DNA of 32,000 nucleotides from Promethearchaeum syntrophicum (GTDB taxonomy: Archaea; Asgardarchaeota; Lokiarchaeia; Sigyniarchaeales; Promethearchaeaceae). Of the stretch, positions 26,442-32,000 are shown piece by piece. The translations under genes were made by a program, and so were the position numbers. The notes below the pieces were generated by a model. The model was not told the origin of the DNA. It ran no database searches and saw nothing but the letters and a program-made list of their open reading frames with translations. Positions within the stretch are counted from its first letter, which is position 1. Each line of letters opens with the position of its first letter. The DNA is taken from the NCBI RefSeq assembly GCF_008000775.2, contig NZ_CP042905.2, positions 3,570,001-3,602,000 of the forward strand, written 5' to 3'.

Positions 26442-27530
26442 TTATTCTGATTTCGGTTTCCAAAAACCTTTTTTTCTAAGATATTTTCCCAAATACACTA
26501 ACCCCAGCATTATTGGAACCTCCCAAAATAACCCCATAGTTGTCCCTAATGCAGCAATTGAGCCGACACCATACATTGCTACTGCAGTAGCTATTGCAAT
26601 CTCAAAATGGCTCGAAGATCCAATAATAACTGTAATAATTCCCTCTCGATATTGCATTTTAAATATCCTTGTAATTAATAAGTTAAATCCAACAACAATT
26701 ACAAACCCAAGTAGAAGTGGGATAGAAATTAATAATAATTGGTCGGGATTCGCTAATATTACATTTCCATTTAATGAGAAGAGAACAATTAAAGTTGTTA
26801 ATAATGCAAGAATTGAAATTTTGCCTACAATTGGGCGATATATGTTGTTAAACCAATCTTCTCCTTTCTTTGAAATAAGAATTTTCTTACTAATAACCCC
26901 CAAAATCAGCGGAATGCCAATGAAGACTATTACTGAAATAAACAATAATAATCGATCGATTTGAATATCCTGAATGCCGGTCAATAATGAAACGATAGGA
27001 GCATATAAAATCATAATTGTCACTGTATTAAGGCTTGTATTAACCACATTTTGCTCTTGATTTCCTTCAGCCATATTCCCCCAAACTAACACCATGGCTG
27101 TGCATGGAGAAGAACTTAATAAAATAACCGCTACAACTAATTGTTCATAACCCTGTAAAAAAACGCGAGCTAATAGAGCTCCTACTATAGGAGCCACAAT
27201 CCAATTTGAAAAGAGAGTTAAAATTATAGGTTTTGGATTTTTTTTTAATTTTTTTAATTCTGATGCTTTCAAATTTAACATCGCAGGATACATCATTAAA
27301 AACAAACAGATGCCAATCGGGATTGAAATACCCGATATTTGCCATGAATCGATAGTTTCTCCGATATTTGGGATATATTTTGACAATAAAATGCCAACAA
27401 CCATACACAAAAATACCCATAAAGCTAGGAATTTCTCAAAAAAACTAATTTTTTTTGAGTTCTCAGATTTTGATGTCTTCTCTGAATTTCGAGTAGTATC
27501 ATTTTTCAGCTCAAGATTTTCATTTTCCAT
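26442..27530 (-). CDS. Acr3-family arsenite efflux transporter-like protein
   Basis: Bile/arsenite permease fold with the conserved Acr3 segment SSSPCTAMVLVWGNMAEGN and N-terminal FLALWVFLCMVVGILLSKYIP. Confidence 0.93.
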   Translation of the reverse strand: MENENLELKNDTTRNSEKTSKSENSKKISFFEKFLALWVFLCMVVGILLSKYIPNIGETIDSWQISGISIPIGICLFLMMYPAMLNLKASELKKLKKNPKPIILTLFSNWIVAPIVGALLARVFLQGYEQLVVAVILLSSSPCTAMVLVWGNMAEGNQEQNVVNTSLNTVTIMILYAPIVSLLTGIQDIQIDRLLLFISVIVFIGIPLILGVISKKILISKKGEDWFNNIYRPIVGKISILALLTTLIVLFSLNGNVILANPDQLLLISIPLLLGFVIVVGFNLLITRIFKMQYREGIITVIIGSSSHFEIAIATAVAMYGVGSIAALGTTMGLFWEVPIMLGLVYLGKYLRKKGFWKPKSE

Positions 27531-27584
27531 AAGATTTCTCGCCTAATTAATTTTATAATATATTTAATTGCGATAATTTGTATT

Positions 27585-27626
27585 CATATAAAAAATTTTT
27601 GATTTGAATTCGAAAAATTTTATATG
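27585..27626. promoter_or_regulatory. imperfect inverted repeat in the acr3/arsR divergent intergenic region; candidate ArsR operator
   Basis: catataaaaaatttttg atttgaatt cgaaaaattttatatg. The arms are reverse complements apart from a 2-nt length difference, between divergent starts at 27530 and 27649. Confidence 0.45.
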
Positions 27627-27648
27627 TTTTTAATTAGTTATTTTAATA

Positions 27649-28062
27649 ATGACCGACGAGATTAGGAGAAAAAGAATTATCGATACATTATCTGGCTGTG
27701 TTAATTTTGGGGATCCTGTAAAATTTTATAACGATTTGACACAATTAAAAAGTCAATTTTATCAAGATGAAGAGAAAACTACATTATTTAATTATCTGGA
27801 AGCATTTGGAAACAAAGAAAGATTTTTAATTTTAGATATGCTTAAAGAAAAAGATAGATGTGTTTGTGAATTAGAGGCAATTCTTCAAAAAACTCAACCA
27901 GCTGTTTCGCATCATTTGCGAATCCTAGAAAAAAATAATTTAATTCAAGCCAAAAAAGTTGGAAAATTCAGCCATTACTCGCTTGTTCAACCAGAATTTG
28001 AGAAATTCCAGATTATGTGGAAAAAATGGGCGGATAACATAACTAATTGGTTCGGAATTTAA
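27649..28062 (+). CDS. ArsR family transcriptional regulator
   Basis: RFLILDMLKEKDRCVCELEAILQKTQPAVSHHLRILEKNNLIQAKKVGKFSHYSL, including the CVC metalloid-binding-type motif at the start of the DNA-binding region. Confidence 0.93.
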   Translation: MTDEIRRKRIIDTLSGCVNFGDPVKFYNDLTQLKSQFYQDEEKTTLFNYLEAFGNKERFLILDMLKEKDRCVCELEAILQKTQPAVSHHLRILEKNNLIQAKKVGKFSHYSLVQPEFEKFQIMWKKWADNITNWFGI

Positions 28063-28098
28063 CTCAAGAATTAAAAGAGAAAGGAAGAATTATAGAGA

Positions 28099-28758
28099 AT
28101 GAAGAAAATTATAATAAAGAAAACAATTGCTGTAATATTCCTTCTATTATTTTTTAATTTGATATATATCATTAGAGCAAATGAAATTTATTTGTTTATT
28201 CCCCAAATAGTTTCATTAATTCTAGCCAACTTGGTTATGAGTGTTGATATTTCAATTCGTCCTTCCTCTTCAAAAAAAAATCAATCTAATTCGGTAATTT
28301 CAATTCTTTTCTTTTTATTATTACCAATTATGGCTTTCCTTCCCTATTTTGAACTTCAAAATATGACTTTCCGGTATATTACAGTCTCTTTATTTAAGGT
28401 TCTAAGTGTGATCGGAGTCATTTTCGTTATTATCGGAGGAATAATTTTATTAATTAGTAGAATTCAATTAGGCAAATATGGAAGTTCAAAAGTAGTCTTG
28501 GAGGATGATCATAAATTAATTACTAATGGATTGTATCATCATATCAGAAATCCCATATATTTAGGATTTTTGACCTTTTTCTTCGGATATATGTTTTCTT
28601 TTGGAGGGTTTATCTCTATATTACTTATTTTAACCCCATTATTTTTATTCTTCAAACAACGAATGAATATTGAAGAAAAACTACTAATATCTTTATTTGA
28701 GGATGAGTATATATCCTATGTTAAACGAACTAAGAAATTAATTCCTCTAATCTATTAA
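28099..28758 (+). CDS. isoprenylcysteine carboxyl methyltransferase / phospholipid methyltransferase-like membrane protein
   Basis: C-terminal signature LITNGLYHHIRNPIYLGFLTFFFGYM...MNIEEKLLISLFEDEYISYVKRTKKLIP, with TM helices upstream. Confidence 0.85.
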   Translation: MKKIIIKKTIAVIFLLLFFNLIYIIRANEIYLFIPQIVSLILANLVMSVDISIRPSSSKKNQSNSVISILFFLLLPIMAFLPYFELQNMTFRYITVSLFKVLSVIGVIFVIIGGIILLISRIQLGKYGSSKVVLEDDHKLITNGLYHHIRNPIYLGFLTFFFGYMFSFGGFISILLILTPLFLFFKQRMNIEEKLLISLFEDEYISYVKRTKKLIPLIY

Positions 28759-30018
28759 TATATTCAAGTAAACATCAGAATTAATCGGAACTTGTTTTTC
28801 CACTTTAATCCCCACAAAAATATGATCTTTTCCTTCAATATCGGGAGTTTTTGCAACTTTTTTATCCTCGATTTTAAGGGACGTAATCTTAAAATTATAA
28901 TAATACGTTGCTTTATTTTCTATGATTAATTCCTGCCCTTCTTGAAGCTGTCCATTAAATAATTCAATTTCAATTGCTTGGGCTTTTCGATAATAATTGA
29001 CAACTTTTCCAACCCATTTACGATGCCATTTTGAGACATTACCTCTTATAGTTCTCTCAATATCGTCGAGTTTTGGTTTAGAAAAGTAAAATCCTGTATG
29101 AAATCCACGATTGAATACTTTAGCCAATTCTTTAAGCCAATTATCTACCTTCTTTTGTGAATACGTCCCCTCATAATAACTTTCAATAGCTTCTCTGTAA
29201 CACACAACAACTTTCGCAACATAAATTGGATCCCGCATCCGCCCTTCTATTTTGAAACTCGATATCCCCGCTTCTATTAATTCAGGAATATGACCTATCA
29301 TACAGAGATCTTTTGCATTGAAGAACATACCAGAAAAAGGCTCAAAATCGATTTTTTCTCCCTCTTCGCCTACCAAAGTATAATACCGTCTGCAAGGTTG
29401 AACGCATTTACCCCGATTTGCGGAAAATTCAGGATTATTTCCCATTAATTCCGCTGAAAGATAGCACCTTCCACTCACTGCAGTACACATAGCACCGTGC
29501 ACAAAAGTTTCAACGGGGATTGTAATCTCACTCATAATTTCTTTAATATCTTCAAGATCTAACTCTCGTGCTAAAATTAATCGTTCAGCTCCGAGAGAAT
29601 CGTAGAATTTTGCAGAAATTTTGTTGGAGATATTTGCTTGAGTAGAAATGTGAAATGGAATTCCGATTTGTTTCGCGATCATGATAGCCGCCATATCATG
29701 ACAAATTATTGCGTCAACTCCGGAATCTTTTGCCAATTGGATAGTTTGGTGCAATTCAACTAATTCTGTATTATAAATTAAGATATTTGTTGTTAGATAA
29801 CATTTTTTTCCTGCATCATGTATTTTTTTAACCAATTTATCTAAATCTGCTGAGGCAAAATTGTTTGCTCTAGCTCTCATTGAAAAATTGGTTTGTAAAC
29901 CAAAATAAAATGCATCCGCATTATCAAGGATATTTGGATGGGATTCAAATGTTTTCCAATTATTCAGTGGAGCTAACAACTCGGGTTTTTGGTTTAAATC
30001 CATCTGCTTCATCTTCAA
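28747..30018 (-). CDS. U32 family peptidase
   Basis: PELLAPLNNWKTF, ADAFYFG, GKKCYLTTNILIYN, AVSGRCYLSAELMG, ANRGKCVQPCRRYY, LIEAGISSFKIEGRMR. Confidence 0.95.
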   Translation of the reverse strand: MKMKQMDLNQKPELLAPLNNWKTFESHPNILDNADAFYFGLQTNFSMRARANNFASADLDKLVKKIHDAGKKCYLTTNILIYNTELVELHQTIQLAKDSGVDAIICHDMAAIMIAKQIGIPFHISTQANISNKISAKFYDSLGAERLILARELDLEDIKEIMSEITIPVETFVHGAMCTAVSGRCYLSAELMGNNPEFSANRGKCVQPCRRYYTLVGEEGEKIDFEPFSGMFFNAKDLCMIGHIPELIEAGISSFKIEGRMRDPIYVAKVVVCYREAIESYYEGTYSQKKVDNWLKELAKVFNRGFHTGFYFSKPKLDDIERTIRGNVSKWHRKWVGKVVNYYRKAQAIEIELFNGQLQEGQELIIENKATYYYNFKITSLKIEDKKVAKTPDIEGKDHIFVGIKVEKQVPINSDVYLNILID

Positions 30019-30027
30019 TTTTAAATC

Positions 30028-31248
30028 TCAATTTTCAATAAAAATGAAATCTTTTGCGGGAGGCACTAAAAATTTGCAGCCTTCTTTGGTCACTACAATA
30101 TCTTCTTCTAAAGAAACCGTTCCAAAATTTTTGGTTTTAATACTAGGTTCTAACGTGTATACTTGATTCACTTCAAGCTTTCCTTTTGGAATATCTCCAT
30201 ATCGTTCCCAGAGAGGTCCGATCAAAGTCCCTCCATCATGCGCTTCAGTTCCAACTTGATGACCAAGAGCATGTTTAAATTCTTCATACCCACGGGAAAA
30301 AATATAAGTTCGAACTTTGGCATCGATTTCATAGGCAATAACTCCAGGTTTAATACTATCTGCAGCAATTTGAATGCCGGTTATGATCGTGTCAATTGCG
30401 TGTCTTAATTCTTCAGGAACCTCATCTCTATTTCCAAAAAACCATAATCTCTGTATATCGGAACAATAACCTTGAAAATAAATACCAAAATCATTGTGCA
30501 AAAGATGTCCTTTTTTGAGGATGCTAGTAGCTTGAGGTCCGACATGGCCAAATTCCTTATCAGGACCAGCATTAACTGCAGGACATTGTTCAATTTGCCA
30601 AGAAGGTTCCAGATGTCTTTCTCTCATTTCTCTGTAGAATAATTCTTGAACTTCCGTTTCGGATAAGCCTACTTTGATATGGGATGTCAATTTTTGATTA
30701 ATCTCTTCAGTAATTTCACAAGCTTTTTTGATAAGTTTGATTTCTGTCTCAGTTTTTCTGCCCCTTAATGCCCCAATTAAATGTTCAGCACTAATAAATC
30801 GTTCTTTATAGTCACTTAACATTTTTTCAAGGATTAAATACATTCCATGGGATAAACCGTCAGCGGAGTATGAATTTGTGGAATAATCCAAAGCAATATT
30901 TTTGGGGTTCATCTGACCAAGGATTTTCAATAGATGTTCTGACATCCCTTGTTCATAACCGATAACCTCATCCCACCATCCATTTTCTTTTTGGGCAAGT
31001 GCATCAAAATTTGCTACAATGGCAATTTTTTGAAAAGTATCTCCAATAGAACCAAAAATAAAAGCGGATTGAAGAACTACATCATTCCCAACAACGAATT
31101 TCATAATCGAATCAGGTGTTGTTGTAGTTTCCCGCGCGAATACTATCCAACAATGAATCCCGAATTCTTTCATCAATTCTGGGATTAGTTGATGTTTCTC
31201 GCGAATTATTTTTTTTTTATTATCAATGGATTGTTTAGAATTTCCCAT
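30028..31248 (-). CDS. M24 family metallopeptidase (Xaa-Pro aminopeptidase-like)
   Basis: GHLLHNDFGIYFQGYCSDIQRLWFFG, HALGHQVGTEAHDGGTLIGP, VYTLEPSI, VSLEEDIVVTKEGC. Confidence 0.92.
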   Translation of the reverse strand: MGNSKQSIDNKKKIIREKHQLIPELMKEFGIHCWIVFARETTTTPDSIMKFVVGNDVVLQSAFIFGSIGDTFQKIAIVANFDALAQKENGWWDEVIGYEQGMSEHLLKILGQMNPKNIALDYSTNSYSADGLSHGMYLILEKMLSDYKERFISAEHLIGALRGRKTETEIKLIKKACEITEEINQKLTSHIKVGLSETEVQELFYREMRERHLEPSWQIEQCPAVNAGPDKEFGHVGPQATSILKKGHLLHNDFGIYFQGYCSDIQRLWFFGNRDEVPEELRHAIDTIITGIQIAADSIKPGVIAYEIDAKVRTYIFSRGYEEFKHALGHQVGTEAHDGGTLIGPLWERYGDIPKGKLEVNQVYTLEPSIKTKNFGTVSLEEDIVVTKEGCKFLVPPAKDFIFIEN

Positions 31249-31363
31249 TACTATCTCACTAGTATATTATTTCTTTTTGATTATGAATCATCTGTTTTCT
31301 TAAAATAATGCCCACTTTTTTAGAGTTCTCTTCTATAATTTCTTTACAGATGATATACAATAA

Positions 31364-32000
31364 TCAAAGCAAGATTTTTCTTAAATCGGGTATCGTTTCT
31401 GCAATATAAGTGGGGTTTGCTTCTCTAAATTCCTCAATAGATCCATATCCATAAAGCACTCCTATTGAATCTAGTTGATTGACCTGAGCCCCGATGATGT
31501 CAAAACTTCGATCTCCAATCATAACACAATTATTTGGGTTAATATTAGGGTATTTTGTTAATATATATCCAATAATCTCTTTTTTTGCAGTTCGAGTTAA
31601 ATCAAGATTAGCTCCAACTATTTCTTCAAAATATTTATCGAGTTTATAATGTTTAAGAATATCAATAGCAAACGGGGTCGGTTTACTAGTCGCAATGAAA
31701 AGGAGAATATTTTGCTCTCCCAAATCGTGAATTAGCTCTTTGATCCCTTGATAAGGATGATTTTCTTCAATTCCACTCTTTTTATAATAAACACGGTAAA
31801 ATTCCACTGCTTCTCGTGCTTCAGATTCCGAAAGAGAATAAAAATTCTGAAAGGACTGATCTAGAGGGGGTCCAATGAACTTCTCAAAAGTTTCTGTTTT
31901 ACTATATTCTATCTTCATGCAATCCAATGCATATTTCACAGAATTTACAATCCCTATTAATGGATCAATGATCGTGCCATCAAGATCAAACAATGCTACA
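31364..32000 (-). CDS. HAD-superfamily hydrolase (phosphoglycolate phosphatase-like), N-terminus beyond window edge
   Basis: FDLDGTIIDPLIGIVNSVKYAL...IATSKPTPFAIDILKHY...MIGDRSFDIIGA...GVLYGYGS. The reading frame stays open through codons V-A-L before FDLDG, so the 31993 start in the track is an edge artefact. Confidence 0.93.
   Translation of the reverse strand, partial: VALFDLDGTIIDPLIGIVNSVKYALDCMKIEYSKTETFEKFIGPPLDQSFQNFYSLSESEAREAVEFYRVYYKKSGIEENHPYQGIKELIHDLGEQNILLFIATSKPTPFAIDILKHYKLDKYFEEIVGANLDLTRTAKKEIIGYILTKYPNINPNNCVMIGDRSFDIIGAQVNQLDSIGVLYGYGSIEEFREANPTYIAETIPDLRKILL

Noticed and set aside
27145-27546. ORFs 27145..27420 (-) and 27310..27546 (+)
   Set aside because: Overlap the acr3-like gene, with no recognisable features.
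31364-31993. Track start of the HAD ORF at 31993
   Set aside because: The initiating codon is TTG within an open frame that continues to the window edge, so the true start is outside the window.

Overview
AT-rich archaeal chromosomal window. The gene set suggests an Asgard/Lokiarchaeota-like lineage, but that placement is inference only. The backbone is an informational block: L44e, S27e, TFS, an OB-fold protein, PCNA, then after ~8 kb of unrelated genes PriL, PriS, GINS51-like, Nop10 and aIF2-alpha. Other genes are pyrB, a PEP-synthase/rifampicin-phosphotransferase-like enzyme, an FTR1-like permease, a stand-alone E2 acyltransferase domain, an alpha/beta hydrolase, an Lrp regulator, a CaCA-type exchanger, YjbQ, U32 and M24 peptidases, and a HAD hydrolase. 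The strongest candidate for something undescribed is at 24401-28758. It encodes an Acr3-like arsenite permease, then a single ORF joining a class I SAM-methyltransferase domain to a HgcA-like corrinoid/membrane domain (NVWC cap-helix motif), then a HgcB-like ferredoxin ending in Cys-Cys. A divergent ArsR and an ICMT-like membrane methyltransferase face this set across an inverted repeat. Second is an ArsR-like HTH + ATP-cone + NrdD-like protein (289-2472) that lacks the expected glycyl-radical tail and lies directly downstream of pyrB. Third, priS appears to begin at a non-canonical AUA codon overlapping the priL stop, because conserved PriS N-terminal sequence is encoded about 120 nt upstream of the first ATG in the ORF track. 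No rRNA, CRISPR array or transposase was recognised by eye. All family calls are from motif recognition and were not checked against a database.
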